From IMG/VR virus record IMGVR_UViG_3300028581_000013: a DNA stretch of 64,000 nucleotides; one strand, given 5' to 3'. Under the pieces are notes generated by a model. The model was not told where the DNA came from, ran no database searches, and saw only the letters and a program-made list of their open reading frames with translations. Both the position numbers and the translations under genes were made by a program. Source of the DNA: a virus. Below, in pieces: positions 37,569 through 47,194 of the stretch (the first letter of the stretch is position 1; each line of letters begins with the position of its first letter).

Positions 37569-37875
37569 TAGTGCAATAAACAAAGTAAGAGATTTATTGG
37601 TAGAAGAAAAATTACCAAATGGTGCATTACGAATGTTTGTGCAAGGTGGTGGATGTTCTGGTTATCAATACGGATTTACATTTGATGAGGAAGTTGCAGA
37701 AGATGATTTTGTCATTGAGAATGAAGGTATCAAAGTAATTGTTGATATGATATCATCTCAATATCTACAAGGCGCAACATTAGACTATAAAGAGGAAAAG
37801 TTTAATTCACAATTTGTAATTATTAATCCAAATGCTAAATCTACTTGTGGATGTGGTTCTTCATTTAACGCTTAG
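37552..37875 (+). CDS. erpA: A-type Fe-S cluster carrier (ErpA/IscA/HesB family)
   Basis: [43 protein letters not shown]. Confidence 0.9.
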   Translation: MIQITDSAINKVRDLLVEEKLPNGALRMFVQGGGCSGYQYGFTFDEEVAEDDFVIENEGIKVIVDMISSQYLQGATLDYKEEKFNSQFVIINPNAKSTCGCGSSFNA

Positions 37876-38568
37876 TTTGGCTAATCTGAATTTTTCTAAT
37901 AGTTTAATATAGAACCAACCTGCATCTATTTCAAACCATTTCCTACTAAGCTTGGCGGAACCAGCATCAGCATGGTGATTATTATGAAGCTCTTCGCCAC
38001 CAATAATAAGACCAATAGGGAAAACATTTCTAGATGATTCTCTTGTTTCGACATTTCTATACCCCCAATAGTGGCCGATTCCATTGACTACACCAGCAGC
38101 CCAAAACGGAATCCATATCATTTGAATTCCCCAAGTTAATAATCCCCACCACGAAAAACAAAGTAAATTTATTAGCAATAACAAAGTAATTCCTAGACGG
38201 GAATGTTTGCTGTAAAGGTTTTTCTCTAACCAATCATCTGGTGTTCCTCTGCCAAACGAATTAACCATCAATTCATCCTTGGATGCTGTGTTATATAATA
38301 AAGCTCCGCCAAATAAAACTTTCCATATACCAAATAATTGAGGTGAATGTGGATCACCTTTTTGGTCAGTCATACTGTGATGCTTACGGTGAATAGCCAC
38401 CCATTGTTTTGTGACCATACCTGTGGTCATCCACAACCAAAAACGAAAGAAATGATTTACTGCTGGATGAAATGTAACCGATAAGTGAGTTTGACTACGG
38501 TGTAGATATAGAGTTACGGCGATGATTGTTAGATGAGTTGTTACTAGGACATAAATTAGTTCGTTCAT
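37861..38568 (-). CDS. Membrane fatty-acid desaturase (delta-9, DesA-like)
   Basis: His boxes HRSQTH, HRKHH, HNNHH; TM segments. Confidence 0.92.
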   Translation of the reverse strand: MNELIYVLVTTHLTIIAVTLYLHRSQTHLSVTFHPAVNHFFRFWLWMTTGMVTKQWVAIHRKHHSMTDQKGDPHSPQLFGIWKVLFGGALLYNTASKDELMVNSFGRGTPDDWLEKNLYSKHSRLGITLLLLINLLCFSWWGLLTWGIQMIWIPFWAAGVVNGIGHYWGYRNVETRESSRNVFPIGLIIGGEELHNNHHADAGSAKLSRKWFEIDAGWFYIKLLEKFRLAKLSVK

Positions 38569-38653
38569 TGGTGTGTTTCAAAAGTGTGTGTGGAAAAAAC
38601 CAACAGTTGAGTATAAGATATACCCAAAAATCTATTGGATGAATTATTGACAT
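38495..38653 (-). CDS. Possible small ORF (MSIIHPIDFWVYLILNCWFFPH...) overlapping the desaturase start
   Basis: ATG directly after minus-strand CCTAAATA (38658-38665). Confidence 0.35.
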   Translation of the reverse strand: MSIIHPIDFWVYLILNCWFFPHTLLKHTNERTNLCPSNNSSNNHRRNSISTP

Positions 38654-38660
38654 TACTTAT

Positions 38661-38750
38661 TTAGGATATTTTAGATATAGCTTCTAGTGCCATAAGAGTC
38701 AAACTACCAATCAATACAATTGCAAATATTACTTGCGGCAATTTATTCAT
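38661..38750 (-). CDS. 29-aa single-TM micropeptide MNKLPQVIFAIVLIGSLTLMALEAISKIS
   Basis: GGAGG SD and AATAAATA late-like promoter (38768-38775) upstream. Confidence 0.7.
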   Translation of the reverse strand: MNKLPQVIFAIVLIGSLTLMALEAISKIS

Positions 38751-38770
38751 AATACCTCCATTTCAGTTAT

Positions 38771-38854
38771 TTATTTAACCACTCCTGATTCAATTACCAT
38801 TAAACATAAGCAGAATATAAGAATAAGTATGAAAACGATTGGTTGCATATTCAT
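38771..38854 (-). CDS. 27-aa single-TM micropeptide MNMQPIVFILILIFCLCLMVIESGVVK
   Basis: ATGA coupling to the upstream gene; similar to the adjacent micropeptide. Confidence 0.65.
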   Translation of the reverse strand: MNMQPIVFILILIFCLCLMVIESGVVK

Positions 38855-39291
38855 TTATATAACTTAAAAAAATATGTTACCAAAGCTGCAGCCGTCATAC
38901 ACCACCAAAATAATTGAGCTTGTCTATTTCTGTCTTTATCCATGTATTTTAATTCATCAGCTCTATCTTTTTCCATTTTTGCTTTGGTTGCTTCAATCTC
39001 AGCCCAAGCAGTTTTACCATATTTTTTAATAGCTTCCAGTTTTAATTCATCAACTTTTCGTTGGTGAGCTTTTTCTTTTTGATATTTTTCGTAAGCCTTA
39101 AACTCTGCCATTGTGGCCAAATATTCTTGTTCCGCTTTGGCCTTCAATCTTTGGACATGCTGTTGTTGAACAGCCTTTTCCATATCCGCTTGTTGGTCGG
39201 TAACCACAGCGCTTAATTGTTTGCTTGCTCCTTGAGCAGCTTTGAGGGTATTAACGGCACTTTGGGCGCCGGCAACAATAGGGTCAGCCAT
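38851..39291 (-). CDS. Coiled-coil protein with C-terminal TM anchor
   Basis: Helical Ala/Lys/Glu-rich body; LFWWCMTAAALVTYFF tail. Confidence 0.7.
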   Translation of the reverse strand: MADPIVAGAQSAVNTLKAAQGASKQLSAVVTDQQADMEKAVQQQHVQRLKAKAEQEYLATMAEFKAYEKYQKEKAHQRKVDELKLEAIKKYGKTAWAEIEATKAKMEKDRADELKYMDKDRNRQAQLFWWCMTAAALVTYFFKLYK

Positions 39292-39346
39292 TTGGTTTCT
39301 TTTAGTTGTGTTATAGGAAGAATAATAAAGAATACCGAATGTCAGG

Positions 39347-39375
39347 TTGACATGGAGAGATAAATCAGATAGAAT
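39347..39375 (+). promoter_or_regulatory. Sigma70 promoter TTGACA-N17-TAGAAT toward the gp43 operon
   Basis: -35 lies within the ATGTCA-GGT-TGACAT inverted repeat. Confidence 0.7.
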
Positions 39376-39394
39376 TTCAATTCAACTACATACT

Positions 39395-39402
39395 TATTTA
39401 TA
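39395..39402 (-). promoter_or_regulatory. Late promoter TATAAATA (minus strand) for the membrane/desaturase operon
   Basis: Exact consensus. Confidence 0.7.
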
Positions 39403-39429
39403 AGAAATCATTAAAGAAAAGGTAAAAAT

Positions 39430-39744
39430 ATGAAGATACTGGCTATGAAACTCATTACCGGAGAAGAAGTTTTGGGTGAAATTGAATCCGAATCGGAAAC
39501 TGAATTTGTCATTGAAAACCCAGTCGGTATCTCTATTGTACGAGATCCAAAAACTGGTCAACCAAACATTGGTTTTTCACCATTTCCATTACATGCCGAA
39601 CAAAAAACTGGTGCCACGCTTGCCATCAGTAAGAAAAATGTAGTATACTCCTACAATCCAGCAGAAGATTTTATTAATAATTACAATTCAATCTTTGGTT
39701 CTGGAATCGTTGTTCCTCCAACCAAATCACTAATTACAGGTTAA
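39430..39744 (+). CDS. Hypothetical protein (Sm-like fold)
   Basis: MKLITGEEVLGEI...YNSIFGSGIVVP. Confidence 0.7.
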   Translation: MKILAMKLITGEEVLGEIESESETEFVIENPVGISIVRDPKTGQPNIGFSPFPLHAEQKTGATLAISKKNVVYSYNPAEDFINNYNSIFGSGIVVPPTKSLITG

Positions 39745-39932
39745 TGGTACTAGAAAAATCAATCATTCGTACCGCAAAATGGGATAAAGAGAATAGTTCT
39801 TGGGATATTAAAGAGTCATTAAATTATCAATGGTTCACCCTAAATAATACACCGAAGTCACCTCTTTACACAGAGCTATCAGACGCTCTACAATGGATCA
39901 TTGAATATGACCGAAATAAAAACCTATCGTAG
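39744..39932 (+). CDS. Hypothetical protein
   Basis: TAATG coupling. Confidence 0.5.
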   Translation: MVLEKSIIRTAKWDKENSSWDIKESLNYQWFTLNNTPKSPLYTELSDALQWIIEYDRNKNLS

Positions 39933-40665
39933 TATCTTTATTTCCGATGTTCACCTCGGTACCAGAGATTGCCAAGCAGAAAAACTTAATAATTTTTTAA
40001 AGCACAATACTTGTGATACACTCTATCTTATTGGTGATATTATTGATGCTTGGAAAATTCAACAAAACAAATGGCGTTGGAAACAATCACATTCAAATGT
40101 GGTTAGAAGAATTCTTGGCCACGCAAAAAGAGGTACTCGTGTGGTTTATGTGGCCGGTAATCATGATGAATTTTTACGACCAATGATACCATATGATTTA
40201 AGTTTTGGTTCTATTCAAATATGTAATCAGACAGAACATATTGATGCAAATGGCAAAAGATTTCTGGTAACTCACGGAGATTTGTTTGATGGTATTTCAA
40301 AAATAGCACCATGGCTTGCCTTTCTTGGTGATAAGTTGTATGATATGGTCTTAAACTGGAATTCGGCCTTTAATTCTTTTCGCCGTAAGTTTGGACTAGG
40401 TTATTGGTCACTTTCCAAGTATCTAAAATATAAAGTCAAATCATCTGTTGATTTTTTATTAGGATTTGAAAAGAATATTTCAGAATATTGTAAGAAAAAA
40501 GGATTTGATGGTGTAATATGTGGTCATATTCATCATGCAGAAATAAAAGAGTTGAATGGTATATTGTATATGAATGACGGTGATTGGGTAGAATCTTGCA
40601 CCGCTTTAGTGGAACATCATGACGGCACATGGCAAATTGTGCATTGGACGAAAGAAAAAGATTGA
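39907..40665 (+). CDS. Calcineurin-like metallophosphoesterase, LpxH/YbbF-like
   Basis: ISDVHLG, GDIID, GNHD, HGDLFD, CGHIH, NDGDWVESC. Confidence 0.85.
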   Translation: MTEIKTYRSIFISDVHLGTRDCQAEKLNNFLKHNTCDTLYLIGDIIDAWKIQQNKWRWKQSHSNVVRRILGHAKRGTRVVYVAGNHDEFLRPMIPYDLSFGSIQICNQTEHIDANGKRFLVTHGDLFDGISKIAPWLAFLGDKLYDMVLNWNSAFNSFRRKFGLGYWSLSKYLKYKVKSSVDFLLGFEKNISEYCKKKGFDGVICGHIHHAEIKELNGILYMNDGDWVESCTALVEHHDGTWQIVHWTKEKD

Positions 40666-43196
40666 GTAATTTTTATACTAATGTGCAGAGTATCGGTGGC
40701 AACATACTCTATCGTGGAATACAAAACGGCAAGAAAATAAAGACAAAGGTTGAGTATGCTCCATCTTTGTTTTTGCCATCCAAAAAAATCACCAACTTCA
40801 CAAGTCTTGAGGGTGATTACCTAGACGAGAAAAAGTTTCCATCAATCAAAACAGCCAGAGATTATATCAAACAATTTGAAGGTGTTTCTAGTGCATCAAA
40901 GATTTATGGCCAAACTCGATTTGAATATGCCTTTATTGCCGACCAACATCAAGGTATGGTTGATTATGATTATGAAAAAGTATCAATCGCTGTAATCGAT
41001 ATTGAAGTCGGTTCTGAGAATGGCTTTCCTGATCCATACGAAGCAAACGAACCCATCACAGCAATCTGTTTAAAATTTCTCAATGGCAAACCAATCGTAT
41101 TTGGCTGTGGTGAATATCAAGTTGAAGAAGGTGAAATCTATATTCGTTGTAAAGATGAATACAATCTTTGTAAGAAATTTCTTGAGTTTTGGAAAGACAA
41201 ATATCCAGATATCGTAACTGGCTGGAACACCAAGTTCTTTGATATACCATATCTCATCAATCGTTTTCGCAAGATTCTAGGTGACGATGAAGTCAAGAAA
41301 CTATCACCATGGAATTTCATTACAGAACGCAAAGCATATGTAAACAATCGACAGTTGATTGATTACACACTTGTTGGACTATCTTCACTTGATTACATTG
41401 AACTATACAAATGGTACGCACCGGGTGGTAAGTCACAAGAGTCATATCGTTTGGATAATATCGCACAAGTAGAACTTGGTGAAGGCAAGATTGCATATGA
41501 TGAATATGATAACCTTCATTCTTTGTATCGATTAAACTTTCAAAAGTTTATTGAGTACAACATTAAAGACGTTGAACTCATTATCAAACTTGAAGATAAA
41601 TTAAAACTGCTTGAACTGGCAGTAACTCTTGCATACGATACCAAATCAAACTTTGAAGATGTGTTTGCTCAAACTCGTATGTGGGACGCTCTAACATATT
41701 CTTATCTCCGTGATAAAGATATTATTGTTCCACCACGAGTAGTCAAAGATAAAGATGCAGCATTTGAAGGTGCCTATGTTAAAGTACCGCAAGTTGGTCT
41801 CCATAATTGGGTTGCTTCATTTGATTTGAACTCTCTATATCCACATTTGATGATGCAGTATAATATCTCACCCGAAACACTCATTGAACCAGAGAATTAT
41901 ACAGATGAAATGCGTGAGATTCTTTCACAAGGCGTTTCTGTTGATGGACTTTTGAAAAAAGGAATTGATACTTCAAAATTAAAAGGTGCAACACTAACAC
42001 CTAATGGCCAATTCTTTCGCACTGATTTTCAAGGTTTCTTGCCTAAGATGATGGAAGAAATGTATACAGACAGAAGTAAGTTTAAGAAGTTGATGTTACA
42101 AGCAAAACAGGAATATGAAAATGAAACAGATAGCTCGAAGAAATATGAAATTGAGAAACGAATCGCCAAATATAACAACATTCAGTTGGCAAAAAAAGTA
42201 TCTCTCAACTCTGCTTATGGTGCTTTGGGTAGTCAGTATTTCCGTTTCTACGATTTGCGGATGGCTCTTGGCGTCACTACTGCTGGCCAATTAAGTATTC
42301 GTTGGATCGAAAATAAAATTAACGATTACATGAATAAATTATTAAAGAGTGAGAAAGATTATGTTATTGCATCGGATACAGATTCGATTTATCTCAACCT
42401 TGGCCCATTGGTTGATAGTATTGTTAAAACAAAAACAGAAATTACTAAAGTTATCTCCATCATGGATCGTGTTTGTGAAGATAAAATTCAACCTTTTATT
42501 GATAAAAGTTATCAGGAACTTGCAGAATATGTGTGTGCATTTTCCCAAAAAATGGAAATGAAACGAGAAGGCCTTTCTAACAAAGGTATCTGGACTGCCA
42601 AGAAACGATATATTTTGAATGTCTATAATAACGAAGGTGTACAATACAAAGAACCACAGATGAAAGTCATGGGTCTAGAGATGATTAAATCTTCCACACC
42701 TTCCGCTATTCGTGAGAAAATGAAAGAAGCAATTCAATTAATGGTGAGTGGCACAGAGAATGATATCCACAAATTCATTGAAGATTTTAGAAAAGAATTT
42801 AAAAAACTACCTGTCGAAGAAATTTCATTTCCTCGTGGACTCAATGGTCTAAATACTTATTCTGATTCATTGTCTTTATATAAAAAAGGAACACCAATTC
42901 ATGTTAAAGGTGCTATTCTTTATAATCATAATTTAAATTTAAAAAATCTAACCAAAAAATATCCACTCATTCAAGAGGGTGAAAAAGTTAAATTCACCTA
43001 TCTAAAGATGCCAAATCCATTTAAAGATACTGTTATTTCTTATCCATCTCGTTTACCAAAAGAGTTTGAATTGCAACAGTATATTGATTATGATATGCAG
43101 TTTGAAAAAGCATTCCTAGAACCAATCAAAGTAATTCTTGATTGCATGGGTTGGCGAGTAGAAAAAACAAGTTCAATAGAGGATTTCTTCTCATGA
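40662..43196 (+). CDS. gp43: Family B DNA polymerase
   Basis: DIEV (Exo I), SFDLNSLYP, KKVSLNSAYG, SDTDS; probable TTG start at 40662. Confidence 0.98.
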   Translation: MSNFYTNVQSIGGNILYRGIQNGKKIKTKVEYAPSLFLPSKKITNFTSLEGDYLDEKKFPSIKTARDYIKQFEGVSSASKIYGQTRFEYAFIADQHQGMVDYDYEKVSIAVIDIEVGSENGFPDPYEANEPITAICLKFLNGKPIVFGCGEYQVEEGEIYIRCKDEYNLCKKFLEFWKDKYPDIVTGWNTKFFDIPYLINRFRKILGDDEVKKLSPWNFITERKAYVNNRQLIDYTLVGLSSLDYIELYKWYAPGGKSQESYRLDNIAQVELGEGKIAYDEYDNLHSLYRLNFQKFIEYNIKDVELIIKLEDKLKLLELAVTLAYDTKSNFEDVFAQTRMWDALTYSYLRDKDIIVPPRVVKDKDAAFEGAYVKVPQVGLHNWVASFDLNSLYPHLMMQYNISPETLIEPENYTDEMREILSQGVSVDGLLKKGIDTSKLKGATLTPNGQFFRTDFQGFLPKMMEEMYTDRSKFKKLMLQAKQEYENETDSSKKYEIEKRIAKYNNIQLAKKVSLNSAYGALGSQYFRFYDLRMALGVTTAGQLSIRWIENKINDYMNKLLKSEKDYVIASDTDSIYLNLGPLVDSIVKTKTEITKVISIMDRVCEDKIQPFIDKSYQELAEYVCAFSQKMEMKREGLSNKGIWTAKKRYILNVYNNEGVQYKEPQMKVMGLEMIKSSTPSAIREKMKEAIQLMVSGTENDIHKFIEDFRKEFKKLPVEEISFPRGLNGLNTYSDSLSLYKKGTPIHVKGAILYNHNLNLKNLTKKYPLIQEGEKVKFTYLKMPNPFKDTVISYPSRLPKEFELQQYIDYDMQFEKAFLEPIKVILDCMGWRVEKTSSIEDFFS

Positions 43197-44203
43197 TTAT
43201 TCTAACATTATTATCAGCATTATTGTTATCTGGTATTGCAGCTTACTATTCGATTATTGGATTGGCTGCAATTTTTACCGGAGCATTTTGGCCAATCGTT
43301 TTTATGGGTTCGGTTCTTGAGATGAGTAAATTAGTTACTGCATCATGGTTATATCGTAATTGGAAAACCTGCCCACTTTTATTAAAATCTTATTTGACAT
43401 CCGCTGTTGTTATATTAATGATAATTACCAGTATGGGTATTTTTGGATTCTTATCGAAAGCTCACATAGATTCCACACTAGAAGCTGGTGCAAACTCGGT
43501 TGAAATACGAACACTCAATCAACAAGAAAAGATTGCGAAAGAACGTTTAGATTATTTACTGAAACGTGCTGGTAATCCAGAAACGGCATCAGCCAATGTT
43601 GATAAACAAATTCAACAAACACAAAAAGAATTGACAGATATTAACAAAAGAAAATTGCCACTTCTTAAAGAGGAAAATAAGTTAATTGCCGAAGTTGGTC
43701 CTATTAAGTATATTGGTGATATGGTATATGGAACTGAAGATAACAATGCCATTGACAAAGCAGTTCGTTTGGTAATATTGTTAATAATGGTTGTATTTGA
43801 CCCCTTAGCTGTGTTATTATTGATAGCAGCAAATATGTCATTACAACAAAGAAATGGTATAACTGATAAAAAAGAAGAAATCATTACTGTTGTACCAGAT
43901 GTTCCGGTATTTACTGAAAAGAAACCGGACGAAGAAATAGAGAATGATAGAGTTGAAATACCTAAAAACAATATTACTTCAATTGACGAAAATGAACAAA
44001 AAGAAATTGTAATTGATGCGGCTTCAGGAGAAACTATACCTCCATTAACGGTGCATCAATCACCAGGTGTTTACACGGAATTTCATGAAGCGGAACAACC
44101 AGTTAAAAAATTAGAACCTAAGTATGATTATGAAGAAGAATTTGCTTTTAAAGAAAAAGAAAAAAAAGCAAAACAAGTTAAATTGGATGGTGGTGACTTT
44201 TAA
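43193..44203 (+). CDS. Multi-TM membrane protein with coiled coil and acidic tail
   Basis: Three N-terminal TMs, EVGPIKYI, VFDPLAVLLLIAAN. Confidence 0.75.
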   Translation: MIILTLLSALLLSGIAAYYSIIGLAAIFTGAFWPIVFMGSVLEMSKLVTASWLYRNWKTCPLLLKSYLTSAVVILMIITSMGIFGFLSKAHIDSTLEAGANSVEIRTLNQQEKIAKERLDYLLKRAGNPETASANVDKQIQQTQKELTDINKRKLPLLKEENKLIAEVGPIKYIGDMVYGTEDNNAIDKAVRLVILLIMVVFDPLAVLLLIAANMSLQQRNGITDKKEEIITVVPDVPVFTEKKPDEEIENDRVEIPKNNITSIDENEQKEIVIDAASGETIPPLTVHQSPGVYTEFHEAEQPVKKLEPKYDYEEEFAFKEKEKKAKQVKLDGGDF

Positions 44204-44212
44204 AGGAATGTT

Positions 44213-45295
44213 ATGAGTATATTAGATAAAATTAAAAAAAATAGTAGTATTAAAGAATCAGCAATTCTTTCTAAATCGAAATTCTTTACACAAAAGGATA
44301 TGATTCCGACATCTGTGCCAATTATTAATGTGGCGCTTTCTGGTCGTTTAGATGGAGGCCTAACACCAGGTCTTACAATGTGGGCCGGCCCATCTAAACA
44401 TTTTAAAACTGCTTTTAGTTTACTAATGGCAAAAAGTTATTTGGACAAATATGATGATGCAGCGTTATTATTCTATGATTCTGAGTTTGGTACTCCTCAG
44501 TCTTATTTTGATAGCTTTGGTATTGATACCAACAGAGTTCTACATACACCTCTTACTGATATTGAACAATTAAAATTTGATATCATGCAACAGTTAACCA
44601 ATCTCGAAAGAGGTGATAGGTTGATTATTGTTATCGATTCAATTGGTAATTTGGCTTCAAAGAAAGAAGTTGAAGATGCTCTAGAAGGTAAATCAGTTGC
44701 CGATATGTCCCGTGCCAAACAAGTTAAAAGTTTATTTCGCATGGTGACACCGCATCTCACAATGAAAGATGTTCCAATGATTGTGGTAAATCATACATAT
44801 AAAGAGATTGGTATGTTCCCTAAAGATATCGTTGGTGGTGGAACAGGTTCATATTATTCAGCTGACAACATTTTTATTATTGGTCGCCAGCAAGAAAAAG
44901 AAGGCACAGAGGTTGTTGGTTACAACTTCATAATTAACGTGGAGAAATCACGCTATGTTAAAGAAAAATCTAAAATTCCTGTTACTGTTTCTTTTGATGG
45001 GGGTGTTAGCCGGTGGTCAGGCTTACTTGATTTGGCACTTGATTCAGGCCTTGTCGTTAAGCCTTCTAACGGGTGGTACAGTAGAGTTGATATTTCTACC
45101 GGTGAAATAGAAGCAAAGAAATATAGAATAAAAGAAACAGACACCAAAGATTTTTGGATGCCTATTATCACCAGTAAAAAGTTTCAAGATTATGTAACGG
45201 ACAAATATCAAATTGCAGCTGGTGAAATTATGCAAGGCGGTGTTGATAATTTATTTGATGAGATTGTTACCATGAATGGGACTGAGAATGAGTAA
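44213..45295 (+). CDS. uvsX: RecA-like recombinase UvsX
   Basis: AGPSKHFKT, FYDSEFG, IDSIGNLASKKE. Confidence 0.96.
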   Translation: MSILDKIKKNSSIKESAILSKSKFFTQKDMIPTSVPIINVALSGRLDGGLTPGLTMWAGPSKHFKTAFSLLMAKSYLDKYDDAALLFYDSEFGTPQSYFDSFGIDTNRVLHTPLTDIEQLKFDIMQQLTNLERGDRLIIVIDSIGNLASKKEVEDALEGKSVADMSRAKQVKSLFRMVTPHLTMKDVPMIVVNHTYKEIGMFPKDIVGGGTGSYYSADNIFIIGRQQEKEGTEVVGYNFIINVEKSRYVKEKSKIPVTVSFDGGVSRWSGLLDLALDSGLVVKPSNGWYSRVDISTGEIEAKKYRIKETDTKDFWMPIITSKKFQDYVTDKYQIAAGEIMQGGVDNLFDEIVTMNGTENE

Positions 45296-45530
45296 TGAAG
45301 ATGCTAAATTAAAACATTCCAAGCGTATTCAAAAAACTCAAAATCAAATTAAAAAACAAACTAAGATTGCCAAATCACATGGTATGCCGGTGGATGAACC
45401 ACACAAATTCGCCAAACATCATGCGATGGACTGTGGTAATCCTGATTGTGTAATGTGTGGTAACCCCAGAAAAGTGTGGAGAGAAAAAACCATACAAGAA
45501 AAAAGATTTGACGAGGTGAAAGATGATTGA
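45288..45530 (+). CDS. Small basic Cys/His protein
   Basis: KHHAMDCGNPDCVMCGNPRK. Confidence 0.65.
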   Translation: MSNEDAKLKHSKRIQKTQNQIKKQTKIAKSHGMPVDEPHKFAKHHAMDCGNPDCVMCGNPRKVWREKTIQEKRFDEVKDD

Positions 45531-45846
45531 AGGAGTAGATTACTGTTTCATTTACCCAAAAAATGATGAAACTGCCGTACACATTAAATTTTTAGATGGT
45601 CCATATAAAAATACCACATTTAAATATGGTAAGGTAAAATTTAAAGAAGAAGATCAACAGGTGTATTTACTTTTTGCTTATGATGTGATAGAATCCACAG
45701 TAGACAAGCCAAGAAAGTTGGAAAAAGATACTGATTTTAAAAATTACATTGGTAATTTATTGGTAGAAATTATGGGTAGTAACATTGAACAGGAAATAAT
45801 TGATGAAGCTGGAACAAACGATATTGAAGAACCTCGTTTACAATGA
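45523..45846 (+). CDS. Hypothetical protein
   Basis: GAGG SD; lies between uvsX and gp41. Confidence 0.65.
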   Translation: MIEGVDYCFIYPKNDETAVHIKFLDGPYKNTTFKYGKVKFKEEDQQVYLLFAYDVIESTVDKPRKLEKDTDFKNYIGNLLVEIMGSNIEQEIIDEAGTNDIEEPRLQ

Positions 45847-47194
45847 GGAATATTTACGAAAAGTTTTACCATTTTTAAAGACAGAATATTTTAGTGATAA
45901 TGTAGAGAGAACATTATTTAATGAAATTACATCATTCACGGAGACTTACAATAACACGGCAACGATTGAAGCACTTAGTATTGCCGTCAAAGAAAAGAGA
46001 AATCTTACAGCTGATGAAGTTCAGAGATGCGAGGACTATCTTCTCGAAATTGAAAAGATTAAGTCTACAGAAACCGAGGTTCAATGGCTTGTTGATAAGA
46101 CCGAAAAATTCTGTCAAGAGAAGGCCATATATAACGCAGTATTGGGGTCTATTTCGATTCTCGATGGCAAAGATAAAAATCACGACAAAGGCCAGATTCC
46201 CAAGATATTATCGGACGCTTTAGCAGTAAGTTTTGATAACTCCGTTGGCCATGACTACTTACAGGACTCAGATGCTCGATATGAATTCTATCACAGAAAA
46301 GAGGAACGAATCCCATTCGACCTCGATTACTTTAACAAGATCACAAAAGGTGGTTTACCAGCTAAGACGCTTAACATTGCTTTGGCGGGGACTGGTGTTG
46401 GTAAATCTCTTTTTATGTGTCATGTGGCTGCTTCGTGCATGGTTCAGGGTAAAAATGTCCTTTACATCACTTTGGAAATGAGTGAAGAAAAGATTGCAGA
46501 ACGAATTGATGCCAATCTATTGAATGTTACTATTGATGATTTGATTGAGTTACCAAAAGATATGTATGATAAAAAAGTTAATCGTGTCCGTGAAAAGACT
46601 ACAGGCAAACTTATTATCAAAGAATATCCAACCGCTTCAGCATCAACTATTCATTTTAGGACACTATTAAATGAACTTAATCTCAAGAGGTCTTTTGTAC
46701 CTGACATTATATTTGTTGACTATCTCAATATTTGTTGTTCTGCTCGTATTAAGGCTGGCGCAAATATTAATTCCTACACCTACGTTAAAGCAATTGCAGA
46801 AGAATTACGTGGCCTTGCTGTTGAGTATAATGTTCCTATTGTATCTGCTACACAAACTACCCGCTCAGGATTTACTTCCAGTGATCCGGGACTTGAGGAT
46901 ACGAGTGAGTCGTTCGGACTTCCCGCCACCGCAGACTTGATGTTCGCTTTGATTTCTTCTGAAGAACTAGAAGAACTTGGTCAGATTATGGTTAAACAAT
47001 TGAAGAATCGATATAATGATCCAACATTCCACAAACGATTTACTCTTGGTGTTGATAGATCCAAAATGAAACTATATGATGTTGAACAGGCTGCACAAAT
47101 GGGTATCGCAGATGCTGGCCACGATAAGCCTTTGAACACATTTGGTACCAGAGAAGATAGACCAAAGAAATCATTTAGTGGATTTAAAGTATGA
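45803..47194 (+). CDS. gp41: Replicative DnaB-like helicase
   Basis: AGTGVGKS, YITLEM, VDYLNI, SATQTTRSG, KQLKNRY. Confidence 0.97.
   Translation: MKLEQTILKNLVYNEEYLRKVLPFLKTEYFSDNVERTLFNEITSFTETYNNTATIEALSIAVKEKRNLTADEVQRCEDYLLEIEKIKSTETEVQWLVDKTEKFCQEKAIYNAVLGSISILDGKDKNHDKGQIPKILSDALAVSFDNSVGHDYLQDSDARYEFYHRKEERIPFDLDYFNKITKGGLPAKTLNIALAGTGVGKSLFMCHVAASCMVQGKNVLYITLEMSEEKIAERIDANLLNVTIDDLIELPKDMYDKKVNRVREKTTGKLIIKEYPTASASTIHFRTLLNELNLKRSFVPDIIFVDYLNICCSARIKAGANINSYTYVKAIAEELRGLAVEYNVPIVSATQTTRSGFTSSDPGLEDTSESFGLPATADLMFALISSEELEELGQIMVKQLKNRYNDPTFHKRFTLGVDRSKMKLYDVEQAAQMGIADAGHDKPLNTFGTREDRPKKSFSGFKV

Noticed and set aside
45921-46940. Three +1-frame ORFs inside gp41
   Set aside because: No SD or recognisable motifs; explained by codon bias
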